Shown here in pieces: positions 1 through 12,300 of a stretch of DNA of 64,000 bases. Under the pieces are notes generated by a model. It had not been told where the DNA came from, made no database searches, and was given only the letters and a program-made list of their open reading frames with translations. The stretch is from Ascidiella aspersa. Lineage: Eukaryota. The stretch is taken from positions 26,846,001-26,910,000 of the forward strand of contig OZ004609.1 in NCBI GenBank assembly GCA_963924565.1, read 5' to 3'. The position numbers were made by a program, and so were the translations under genes. Position 1 is the first letter of the stretch, and each line of letters starts with the position of its first letter.

Positions 1-424
1 TGTGCAGTTTGCAGCTTGCACGCATGATTGCACGCCGGCGACAAGTTTAAAAGTGCCTTGTTTCTATGGGAATCTAATTGCACACAATTGTTGCGGTTCC
101 AAGTCGCTAGCTCTATTGTGACGAGAAAATTGTTGAAAAGATTTCGCCTTTCGAAGCAAAATTTTGAGCGTATCAGGTGCACAGGTTAGACATTTGCACG
201 AATTTTGACGGCGACGTGCACCCAACTCATCTTTATTCAAATAAAGGGTGTTAATTATTGAGTGTGTTAGAAAATGAAAATATGGCAAAATGTTGAGCTG
301 CACGGAAATTGGCTTAGTGTCATTACCGTGTACGTAAGTGTCCCTCGCATATAAAAGTCCCGGGTTCGTTTAACTGTTCCCCCGCATATGAAAGTGGTTC
401 GCTCCTTTTGTAATCCTGATAAAC

Positions 425-730
425 AGAAAAATTCGAAATGTTTTTACGATGTTAATCCGATCACATGACGTTCTTGTTTGACTCCAAGGTATGCAAAGGT
501 GGTTGTTCTATTGAGTATAGCCCCTCTGGCGCGAACGTACTGTTGAACCAGCCTCGTAAAAAACACCGCATTTGTTTACCACTAGAAAAATTCGAAATGT
601 TTCAAGGTTTTTAATCCGATCACATGGCGTTGTTGTTCCCGTGATGTGCGTTTGACTCCCAGGTATGCAAAGGCGGTTCTTCCAATTGAGTATAGGTCGC
701 CTGGCGAAAATACACCGCATTATTTAACGC
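425..730. repeat. Degenerate direct duplication, period about 160 bp
   Basis: agaaaaattcgaaatgttt...ttaatccgatcacatg...tttgactcc.aggtatgcaaagg...attgagtatag occurs at about 425-520 and about 585-695. Confidence 0.8.
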
Positions 731-1128
731 TCCAAAGCCAGAAAAAGCGGGGGCGGTACAACTTTATTTTGTTCGATGCTAGGGCAACGTATTTGGCATC
801 TCTGCAATTCGGAATGCGTTTACCTCAATGCGATTCATTACGCTCTGTATTCAGTCTTGCCAGTTGTCGGTTTATTTTTGCGTTAAGTTGTGGTCGAACT
901 CATTGTTTTAGAAAACTGGGTTGCCAAAGAACTTCGCAGATGGCGCTTATTCTGCGGATTAAATTTGTCAAAAAACCTAATTTTTTAAGATCCAATTTTA
1001 CACATCCTCAAGATAACTCTCTGTGGTATTTCACAACAGTTTTTAACCTTCTGATTGTAAAACAGCAAACAAACATTAGCCAAAGAAAAAAAATATCAAA
1101 CTTTTATCTCGGTCATAAAGATCAAAAC

Positions 1129-1319
1129 GGCGCTGATCTAGAATCCTACCACAGCGTTAAAACATTTAATAAAGCAACACGCAATATTTGGGTTAGGGTG
1201 TCGGTTGGTGTTTGGAGAGGGTGGATCAAGTATTAATATTTAATAATATTGCTTAACCTACCCAAACGCTAACCCTAACCCAAATAATGTTCGTTGTGGT
1301 AGGATTCTAGCCATGCGCC
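1129..1319. mobile_element. Palindromic MITE-like element with inward GGGTTAGGG/CCCTAACCC motifs (copy 1)
   Basis: Arms CTAGAATCCTACCACA (1138-1153) and TGTGGTAGGATTCTAG (1295-1310) with outer GGCGC/GCGCC. The core caaacgctaaccctaacccaaa is shared with the copy at 39812-40078. Confidence 0.7.
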
Positions 1320-4300
1320 AAAAAGACTAAGGAGTTTTAACAAGTCTCGAAAGTTTTCCCGACATAGGACTTCCGCTATTGCGGGGCCCTTTCTTTACGA
1401 CCTTTCGCGCGCTTTTTAAATATCCGAGTGGGTAGGCAAATGGCACCGAAAACAAAATCGCTTTTAAAGTCTACATTTTTCGAGTATTGTCCTTGTAGGC
1501 GTGTAGTATATGTGTCTCGCGCCCGCTTAGCTTTCACCGCGTTGGTCCCATCATCCTAACTTGTGTATAAGGTCACAGAGCGCGTCCCAGGCATACACAT
1601 CTGGATGGCATTTACACCCGTCTTTCCCCCGCTCTAGCACCTGGCCAGGTCGAGTGGCCCTATCACTTCTTCCCTGGTAGTAGGTCTGGGGCGTGTTCAG
1701 TCTATGGGCCCTTATAGAATTTGTTCTCATTCCTGGTGGGCGGTTCTGCCAAATTGCATTGCGTGTTACCGTTCGAGTGTCTCCGCTATCTCTAACCTTT
1801 TAATTGTTCGAGTATTTGTAAACCTTGATTTCGTTTTGGGCTTAAAGTCGTCGTCATATTTGTAATAAGCACTGCGACAAAATCTCCGCAGTGCATTGCA
1901 TTTCCGCAGCGAGTTGTGTCAGTTTTTATAACTCATTTCCAAGTCGTCGATTTTTTGTCAAACAGGTGCGCAGTTGATAATATTGCTCAAAATATCGGTG
2001 TAAAATTTTCCCACAAGTTATATTCGGGGCGCCTAAGCTTATAAAACCAGTATGTATGACGCGAAGGGTTGCTGCCAGAATTCCACAATACATAAAAATA
2101 AACGCAAACTTAAATAAACATACACATCAATTCGGTGTCGCACTTGTTTTCTCTAAACAAGGACTTTCGTTGCTTTGTATAGACGTGCGCATAGGAAACG
2201 CCTACGAGCCTGGGCTTGCGGCAAAGGTTAAAGCTAATGTGCGTTGGTCCACAGCGACATCGAAACCCAAGGTTAACGTCGAACTTGTGACGTAAATCGC
2301 ATCGAACCCCACGCGTATAAAGGCAATTGGGGGTTAGCGACGTGAGCTATATTGTGAACGTTCGCTTCACGTTGATGTTTTCAAACCGCAAAGCTACCGA
2401 CCTTTACGTCGTTATAAACCACGCTTCTTTTCAGGTTAACAATGACTGTGTAGCGCTATTTATGAAACCTTGACGTTTTCGGACTTCATTTTTCGATTCT
2501 CGTCGGAATTTAATGCATTTACATTTGGCTGGCATTTCAGCAGGCGACCAATCAGGCTTAGCCATTGACACACGTAAAACACGTTGCAAAACTTGTCCCT
2601 ATTACGTCACGTAAAGCGCCAAGGATGCGTTTCGTCTGATAATGGAAAGTGCTGATTCAACGCAGTCCAAAGGCCACTTTCAGTTACGCAATATTTACTC
2701 TATTTAAGAATTCCGACTAATCAAATTATACCAAAAATATTGAAAAAATTCAAGACGACACACAAAGCAAACAAGATGAATTCTGCTGAATTTCCATATT
2801 CTACTTCATGACAATCCACCAATTAATGAAACTGCTGGCAACCTAATGCAGCGTTGCAATCCTGCTCGTTCGAGTTGTGGGTACATTCAGCCACGCGATA
2901 CAAGTTCCAGTTGCCTTAAGTTACATAAATAAGTACACATGACGTATTAAACACATATTTGTGCGTGTCTTTCATACACATGACGTACTAGGAGTTTCGA
3001 AATCTACAGGACCGTTGCCGAGCCGAGCCGAGCAAGAAAGGCGAAAAATTTCGAAATCCGCACTTTTTAATATTGCGCCGTGGTTCGCCTCTACAATGTA
3101 ATTGTGTGCAAAGGTCGCGCGAATATACCGGTCGCGTGTCGCAGCTATGTAAACCGCCGCTTCGTGACCCGGGCCTTGAAGAAACACATCGTATTGTTCA
3201 TCGCGAGGTTCGGGCGCCCTTTGTTCTGTCGCATCTCGAACCGCGCTTGTCAAGCCTGGTCCACGACACTTTCCCGGCACACTTTGTAGGTGGGACAACG
3301 TTCTCTTTGACTATTTCTTATGTAAAAAAGGTGACCTTTTGAGTTTTTTTTCGGAAGGACGAAAAAATGGAATCTTGTCAGTGGGTGATAAATGTGGCTT
3401 TTTCGTTTCGTTATTGAAAACTAGGGTTCTTGTTGCCATTATTTTCTTGTTTTTTTTATAAATTAAAGAAGGCCTGATGGGAAAGTTCATTTTCAATTCC
3501 CTTCCATCGTTAAACTATTTTTGTTAGACCGGTCCCTAGTAGTTACGTCGCTCGACTGACGGGTGAATTGCGAATTAAAAATGGATCGTAATTTCAAGTT
3601 TCAAAAGTTCGTAACTTGCTCTATAACATTCTGCGCACGGTCGCTGCATTGGATAACTTTCCTCCTTGCCACGGAAACGTTCTCATCGTTTTGTTTATTC
3701 ATATCAACGTGGATAGACTATATAGGTTGTGTTCGGGCGAAATAGCACGCGCAATGACAGCATTAAACCACCCTCAGTGTATTAAATCGCGATGACGCTG
3801 TCTACGCAACCTTTGCAATCGCTCTGTAATCTGCAAACGTATCGATTTCGCATTTGAAATGTACGGCCGCAATGTAAGCGATACCCTTAAATCGATTAAT
3901 TTGGTTATTTCCCGCGACATTGATAGCGTCCAAAGTGCGCCAAAAATCGCTTCGTTCCTGTCACAAAACCGTCATACGTACGCTTTTGACGTCATCGGTC
4001 ATTAATAAGTTATTTTTCGTTGTCTCGTTTTCATAATAATACGTTTCTACGTCGCAAAGGTAAACCCAAACCTGAATGTTTTGTGTGTAAAAACTGTTAC
4101 CGCAACCTAAGATAGCTTGTAATGTTTATTGTTATGTTTTCCTAATTAAATGCGATTTCAGACATATAGTTGTATCATAATTAATTAATGGTTTCTTTAA
4201 GCGACATTTGTTTAATTTTAAAATCACTCGCCTTTGGATTCTACGAAAGTAATATTATTCTGTCAACGCAGCAACCAAACGATTGGCTCCGTAAATAATT

Positions 4301-5836
4301 AACTATAGGTTTTTCGACGAACTTTTCTTTAAACGGCACTTGTTAAAAAGTACGTGGTACGTTGTCAGCATTGTTTAACTACCTTTTAAAATTCTGTTCC
4401 TAAGATGTGCAAAAATGAAAAATCAAACTGTTCAACAAATTTTACATGACACAGACACAGACAGCACGGTTTGCTCAGCATTTGTGTCAATACACTTGCA
4501 AAAAATGCACACGAAAGTTAGCAGCTTGTGATTTTATAATGCATTAAATGAACCAAGTATAACTTGTATAGTTTTTCCCAAACCTAAGTCAGCAAACTAA
4601 CTATCATACATTCTTTAGAATGAGAAAATTTGCTCATTGTGGTTGTGTTTTTGTACTATTAGTCCAACTTTTTAATACTGTAACAAATTGAATGTTACAA
4701 TAAAGTTGAAAGCCCAGTAGAAAAATTAATTCAAGTTAACTTCTCCTAGTTTCGTGTGTTTTGTAGAATGTAGCAAGTGAATTAAAATGTGTTCTAATCA
4801 ACTAGATATGAATGTCAATCGCGAACGTGGCGTCACTCGTAGAACTGTCGTGAAACTAATCCTGTTAGTGAACACATTGAAAATTCGAATAAAAAGGTAC
4901 CTACTTTTATTGCTGCATCCTATCTATGCAACCAACTATTACGTCTACAAAAGTGTGCTAAGATAAACTCAACTTTCAACTACTGCAAATGTGGGATATT
5001 GTGTTCTTCTCAATTTAAAATTTTACGAAATCCGTATGTTCAGCCTCCTGTGTTATTTACAGAATGTGGCAAATTACTTGAAGAAATTTATTTCGTAAAA
5101 ACTAGATAGGCTGCATTTTGAAAACGAATAAAAGGGAAAACGGAGACGAAGCAAGAAAGGTACAAAGCCTCACACGAGGCCCAACAGTTGTGCATTGAAA
5201 AGGGGAATGAACGAAAAAAACAAAAACAAGGATAAAGTTGAAGTAATCTAAAGCGTAAAGTTTCTTCTTTAAATATACCCTAGCGAAAGCGTGTTGTACA
5301 CGAACAGTCGGCCATGTGTTTTACCCACGAGAATGATGCGATAGTCATTTTCAGGAGAAAAAACGATAGCAAGAAATACTGCAAACATATTATGAAGGTT
5401 GTGCGCGAACAATATGGCAGCAAAGTGAGACGAAACACAAACGGTTGGCAGTGGTGCAATAAGTCAAATGCTGGTGCAAAAAGAAAAATAGAACGACAAA
5501 ACGCGCCGAAAGGACAAATTGCGGTAAATCAACCTTTTTGGGGGGTTTTAAAATCGATTTTCAGCCTAATTTTGCTGGATAAAAGCCAGATTCGAAGGCT
5601 CGCCGAAAAAATCTTAGCCAAAAAAACGGTTGTTAAAAAAACAGCAAACCCGGCAATAAATACGTGAGCAAACTTAAGCAACGGGACAGAGACCACACAC
5701 ACAAACGCAAACACGAAAATAAAGAAGTATGACAAATGAGTGCATCGCGGCGGCCGTATGTAGCCGCACGGAGAGTAAACAGTGTACACAACAACGGGGG
5801 GAGGGGGGCTTAAAGCCCGTGGGGGGCAACCGGCAG

Positions 5837-8455
5837 TTACGAGCTGTTGGCCGACAGTCTGCTGCGTGGCGTCGACGGCGCCGAGGCCTGTGTCGCCCGG
5901 TAAGCGCTGTCCACCGTCAGCGACGTCGCTTCGCTTTCCATGGCCAGCGCTACCTTGGGGCTCACGGCTGCTGAATTGTTGTTTTCCCGTCGCGGCGACT
6001 TGAGTCCGCCGTTGGTGGCGACTTGGCTGTTTTCGTACGGCCGGTATTCGCACTCGAGGTCGTCAAGATTGCCACCACCCGTCTTGCTGCCGCCTTTGAG
6101 GTAGCGCACGTACAGCAGACCGACCACTACGAGACAGAGCATGAGGCAGCTGAGAACGCCGACCACAATAGTCAGGTTGCCGATCTCCTTTTCAGCGTTG
6201 GCCAGCTCCGAGCCGCCGACGCCGCCCATCGTGATGTCGGGGTCGAGTTCCTCGCAGCGCCGCCCGCGGAAGCCGGGTCGACACTCGCAGAAGGGGTTCT
6301 CCTCGTCGTCGACAAAGTGCCGGCAGGTGCCGCCGTTAAAGCAGAAGTTCTGGATGTTGCAGGACACATAGTGCGACTCGAGGCGCGGCCCGAGAACCGT
6401 GACTTGCGTGGTGCCGCGTGCTGTCGCGCCGTCGGCGTTGCGCACCTGGCACGAGTAGGCGCCGTTGTGGAAGTGGCTGGCCTCCATGATCATGACGAAG
6501 CTGTTCTCCATGTCTTTGGTGTTCACGTGCAGCCCGGTCATCATGCGGTACTCTGTCGTGTCGATGTTCGAGCCGTCCTTGGTCCAGGTCACCTGCGTTA
6601 CCGGCGAGCTGCTCTCGACGCGGCACTGCAGCAGCTTGATCGAACCGCGGTAGAAGATCGTCTTGCGCGGCATCGTCACCTTCATGGCGCAACTGGTCCG
6701 ATCGCCGCCGCTGGAGGCGCACAAGCGCTCCCATATCAGCTGCCGGTGATTGCGGCGCTTGGAAGACACCGGCGCCTCCATGGCCCTGAAACTGCGCTCC
6801 TCGTCCGACGCCAGTGGCTTGAGCATGAGGATGAAGTTGTCATCCATGCGAAGCGCGTCGAGGCACGCAGCGGTCGGCTTGCTGTCCCCGGCCACCACGC
6901 CCAACTCGTCCAGCGCCTTCAGGCCGCCGTTGTGCTGCTCCCAGATGTGGTCAACGAGAAATCTGCCAAAACAAATCAGAGTTTAGTAATTTTTATGAAA
7001 TTTCATGATGAAATATTTTTGTTCTATATTTGCTAGAACAGAAGCGAGATTGACGATTTATTTATTATGCGAAAAGGGCGACATAATGTTATTAATCTGC
7101 AGAAGCAGGAAAATACATGCTGTCAAAAACATTATTCGCAGTCCAGTTGGCGTAAATTGTTTTTAAAAAGGCGTAAGGAATCAAATCGACTTGTCAAAAA
7201 TCCCAGTCGCAGAATTTTGCAGGCCAGCATGTGCATGTACAGTTTGTGATACTCGGGCCTTAAAAAACTACTAATGATTAAAAAAAACTAATGATTAACA
7301 GCGGCGGCGCCGATGCCAGGACCCAGGTAAGCTTTGCATCGCACCGAGGTCTCGTGATGTTTATTGCGGTGTATGTGATTGTGCCTGGACGTGTCGGGCT
7401 CCCGTCAACCCGGGTGGCCTTCCAAACAAGGCAACTATATCGCTGTCAGGCGACTTCCGGCAAATCGCCTTGGTCCTATGTTTGCTCTGCCAAGTGCGGG
7501 CCTCCTTAAAATAGCCGAAATTACTGCGGCTGTGTTATGATAACTATAGCGCTGCAGGGGACCCAAGGCACCGCACTGCGACAGTAAAGCGTGTTTGCCC
7601 GCGGGGCCAACGACCCGGCCTCCAGGGACGCCCCCCCCCCCCCTATTATTTTCGGCTCCGTCACTCGTCGGCGCCACTCATGTGGCACAATCGCCCCCGA
7701 GCCGAGCGCGCCCGGTAATCCGGCTCTACTGTTGCTTTTATCGCTATCTATATAAATGTGCAGATCGGCGGTAAGACGACACCTCTTATCTCCGCTGGGT
7801 GATTGTGGCCTCGCTTTTAGCGCTGAGTGACGCAAGGCTCGTTAGCCCGGCTTTTGGTCGGCAAACAAACCTCTTTCGTCGCTACGTGCCTTTGTTGTTT
7901 AAACCATGACACTCGAAAATTCGGTTTCGCGGGGTGGGGCGATTCCGTATGATTATTGCCTTGATTTATGGAAGTCTGCACTTTAATTTTTTTCGATCGG
8001 GGTTTGTTATAAGCGAAGCTCCCCCTTGCAAAAGCGGCCACCCGTGGACTTTCCTTGATGTTAGATTTATTGCAAAGGTTAACTCCAATCCAAAATAACT
8101 TAATGTGCCAGGCGCGACGCAAATGCAAGTCACCACCCACTTTCCAGCCTCATTACCCGCCCCTCCCTCGCTAATGGCAATCACGTCGAATTAGCAAAGC
8201 GTAATTAGATTAGGCGTGGGTCCAAAAAAAAAAAAAAATTCTTAAGTTCTCCCCGTGTTTTATTTTATCTCACCTGTACTTTCCCTTGTATAAGCCGATG
8301 AACTTTGCCTGAACCACCACGTCGCTGTCTTGCAACCGGCCTAACCTCGCCACCTGATTCTTGCGGTTCAGTTTTGGGATCGGACAGTTCTGTGCCTCGA
8401 TGGCGGCCGGGCAAAGCGCCAGCGCCATAACAATGCTCGCGATTATCGTATACAT
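5837..8455 (-). CDS. NRG: Neuregulin-like (GGF2/NRG2-type) membrane-anchored EGF-family ligand, 2 coding exons, 435 aa
   Basis: Exon 1 is 8455..8274 (MYTIIASIVMALALCPAAIEA signal peptide; donor AG|GTGAGA, phase 2). Exon 2 is 6962..5837 (acceptor ttttggcag|A) and joins the 5837..6904 ORF in frame. It encodes an Ig domain (LQC..VTWTKDG..GAYSC), an EGF domain (HYVSCNIQNFCFNGGTC..CECRPGFRGRRC), a TM segment (LTIVVGVLSCLMLCLVVVGLLYV) and a Ser/Thr-rich tail. Codon usage is strongly GC3-rich. Confidence 0.88.
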
Positions 8456-9064
8456 ATTGTTCGATATTTTGCTTGTTCCAAAGGTATCCTCGCAGTTTCG
8501 GCACAGAATCCAATTTTTGTTTTCTTTTGGCAAATTGAAGCTGCGCGGCGAATAAAATTAACCGTTTTTGCTGCTTGCTCTTGTCGTTTTTGACACTAAT
8601 GTCCTCAACACCTGACGCTACGATTATATACCTGAGCACGGTCGGCAACCGCCGATTTTCGACACATTTTTTTGCCTTTTTTTCCACTCGTGCGTGGAGC
8701 CGCCGTCAGCCGCGTTTACTCTTGGCTGCTGAGGAAAAAAGGCGTGGAGCGGACGACGCTAAAGTATTCACAGCGTGTTCCGTCGAAATTCTGTTTGAAC
8801 GCTTGCCGTTTGTTTGTTGGTACAACTTGGTGATTGTGGCTAGAGCTCGTACATTGAACACTGGGTTGTGTTGTTTAACAGCACTTTATCGTCCGCAATA
8901 TGTGCATAGCAGCTGTTAACCTAACTTTGTCGTATACAAATAATTGTAAATCCAGAAGTCGTATAAAGACAAATTTATACAGTTTCTAAGCGTTCTCTAC
9001 CTTACAATCGTGATATCTTGTTACAAACGTAGGTCAAGTTCAAGTTGGCCATCAATGTTGAACA

Positions 9065-9365
9065 AGTGTGATTGGCCGTAACGATTTTACTGAGAGTCGT
9101 GTGCTACTAATGCTGATTTCTTCCCAGTGTGTTGTGCCCAACAACCTTCCGAAACTACGAGGCGTGACGTCACGTCTTCTCTGAACCACGTGGTTTTCGC
9201 GGCCGCCGTCTCCTAGCAACGGGGATTGCGATCTCTTATTCCACAGCTGCAGCGGCGTACGAGCTTGTTCCGGTTTATGTACAGCACGACAAGCGTCGCT
9301 CTTTGATTGCGATTTGCAATAGGTCGAGATTACTTGTAACTTGCGACCTCTTATGACGTCAGAAA
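9065..9365 (-). promoter_or_regulatory. Putative proximal promoter of the neuregulin-like gene
   Basis: CpG-rich block upstream of the ATG. It contains CCAAT on the - strand (attgg near 9071), CRE TGACGTCA at 9165-9172 and 9354-9361, E-box CCACGTGG at 9186-9193 and RFX X-box-like GTCTCCTAGCAAC at 9208-9220. Confidence 0.5.
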
Positions 9366-12300
9366 CGCTATCGCGTGTCGCTGTTTCTCTGCCAAGAACA
9401 AGCGAGCGGCATGCGCCCGCTCTTTCATTTCACGTTCGGCCGCTCCACTACAAAACCCTAGTTTTCCTTTTTTCCTTCCAGAAATAGCGTGTGTTTTGGC
9501 GACGTAACTCACAAATATGGAAAGAACTTTTTAATAGCAGCTGTTACGCGGTCGAATACGCAATTACTGGCGGAAATCAGAACTGCGTTTCCCGTAACTT
9601 ACTACAAAGTGTTACATCCCGATGTTTTGGTGGAAAGTTCTATGTTAAATCACTCGACACACGACGGTCCCGCGACCGCCGCTACTTGTGTTTGCGTGTA
9701 CCTTCGGTTTACCTCGGGCAAACATTCCGCTTTTCGAAATTCTCCCTATAACTTGATCCCGCTTGTGTTTGAACTTCCTTTCGACGACCGACGAGATTTG
9801 CGACGCTGTTTGAAAGAGTTTAAAATCGGCGCGAAATCCTCAATACATAAGCGTTCGTCGATTTTTCACCTCTTGAAAATTTTGGTGCGATGTCACCCTG
9901 ATGACGTGTGTAAGGGAGAAAGCGCCTGTGACGTAATACACGTCGGGTTGCTTAGACCCCTGCCGAGAACTTGTTAGGACCCTTTTTTTACATATGGTAT
10001 GATGTTTTCATACGGGAAATTTTCGATCGTTGTGCAATAACTTGACTCGCAGAGGAATCGGAACTGTTTGCTTTTGTACCTGAATCTGGAGATTAAATTC
10101 CCCAATCTTTCCCGATATAGCTAATGTGATCATATATTGACCAATTGCAGGAAGTGATTTTAAGTTAAGTGTTGACGTACGCTCTCGAGATTTCTAAGCT
10201 CTCGTGTTTTCCATGTATTATTCAGTGTTCTGCGGATTGTCGGGGTTCTATCTTTCTAAGAAACACGACTTTTTGCCCCAATCGTAATCGTTCCTTGTTA
10301 AAGCAACGGAAAAGTTTGTAACGCACTGTTTTCCGAAACGTTGTACGCGGAATGGTTATATTAAAAAACGAATACCAGGTACAAAGCGGAACGTTTGTTC
10401 GATGGCACGATGCAAAACCGTAAACACCGAACGACGAGTGACCTATACAAACGCAAAATTAATTCTAAACAGGTATACATGATTACTTATTTTCATCCGT
10501 CGACCTTTAAAACAACTTCTCCGAATTCCAGTGTCATCCGCTATTTTTCGTCGCGCACCCCGAATTTTTTACACGACAATATGTTTTTCCAAATATGCTC
10601 GACTTGTGTCGCGCCCGTGCCCTTTCAGGTCGCGGCCTAGCACGCGTGCCTTCCCACCGCCTACACGCACGATTGCAAGCATCCCCAAGCAAGATTCAAC
10701 GCCTGTACCCCTGGTTTTCACACCCCGGCCACCCAGTCGTCTGGGGGTGGCCCCCTTCTCCCTGTCTCCGGGTCGTGATGCGACGCAATGTGTTTGGATC
10801 GGTGACGTCACGCCGTCGTTTTGCCGTTGTCCGTTGCCTGGCTCACGCGATGTTGTTTTTTTTTGGCACGTGTTTTGCGCGTCCACCTGGGAAAACAACA
10901 AGGCCTCTTACTGTATAATAATAACTATATATATATATATATTTTTGCGTGTGTGATAGGTCGCGGCCACTTGCATTCCTTTGCCTGATCCAACGTAATG
11001 AACGCCCTGCCTATTTTAATGGCCGGCCGACGTTTTGGGGCGCACACTGAGGATCATCCCTTAGCCGCGTGGAATCGGACACCCGTAATAGCTTTACTCT
11101 TTCGCCGCTGGTCCCGGCTTACCTTGTGTAATGACGAGTTCCGTGTTGGGCGGGGCAATTTTGCCAGTCGTTTGAGTTTTTGTTTTTACATTGGTGGGAG
11201 GGGAGTGCAAGATAAATCGTGATTTGAGTTTTCGACAGAATTGGGTTGAAAGCCGTAGCCGTAACGCGTCACCGAAAGGTCGCGACTAAAATATTACCGA
11301 TATTCTGCGAATTCAAAGCGGCCTTGTGATGTTGTTTGGACGACTGGAATGTAGAAATGCGTCTTTTTACAGCCGAAAGTTCTAGTATCGTCTTTGTCTG
11401 TTTAGCTCGACGCGCTTAACCGCTCACGCACGGTGACTGGGCACTTTTTGCATGACCCGACAAATTGCTGTCAAATATTTGCTACCCCCAACTTGGTATC
11501 GAATTACGTTTGAGCGGCTAAACGTAACTATAACGTCGTGACGGATTTGGCATTTTTACCTAATTTTGTTGCGTTTCGACGAAAGAAGAGGGAATTTGTC
11601 AAATTTCAATTAAAACCTTACCTCGTTGGTATAAAAATGTCAAGTGTTGACGAGCCATCAAATTAACCGTTGCCTTTGTTTGAACAAACAATGCAAAGAT
11701 TTATCTTGGCTAAAATCAGGGATGTCCGAAATTATCGGATTAGTGCTGAATTCCGACTCCAAGTGTTATCAATATTGATCCGATACTCTGATACTGGCAT
11801 TTTAGAGTTATGGTTCGCAAACTAGCGCAAATGTTTTCTCAAGGTAGCTAAACTTGAAAACTAAAGGCAAATGCAAGTTTTGCTTCTCAACTTGCAAAAC
11901 GTTATATACTTGCGCGTTTTAATTTTATCCACTTTTCTTTTTGCTCATAGTGTTGTGTAATTTATGATTGGTTTCCTTTGTTTAATTTGCTATAATTAAG
12001 AAGGGGGGATGTTGTGTAATTTATTGTTGGTTTCCTTTGTTTCCTTTTCTTCGCTTTGCTTTACTGCTCTTTACTTCTCTTCTTACTTCGTTTCTTTCCG
12101 TTACACCTTTTCCGTTACACGACGTTTTCACTTGTAATCACTTATTGTTTTAGCTCTGAAGGGACATTCCTTAGTTTACAATGCAAACCGTTTTATAGCA
12201 CGAGGGCAGTCATGTTTAGTTGTGGTATGAGAGGGTCACTGTTTTAGGAGCAAGGGAGCTAGTGTGCGCGCTATAGCTTCATTCGCTAAAAAAGAGTTGG

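Noticed and set aside
646-1236. 196-aa ORF
   Set aside because: It runs through a tandem duplication and a MITE, with no coding bias or motifs.
1189-1282. Interstitial telomere
   Set aside because: Only one or two TTAGGG units, arranged as inverted arms of a dispersed element.
6023-7036. 337-aa + strand ORF and other ORFs overlapping the neuregulin exon
   Set aside because: Antisense or alternate-frame shadows of a GC3-rich exon, with no domain-like features.
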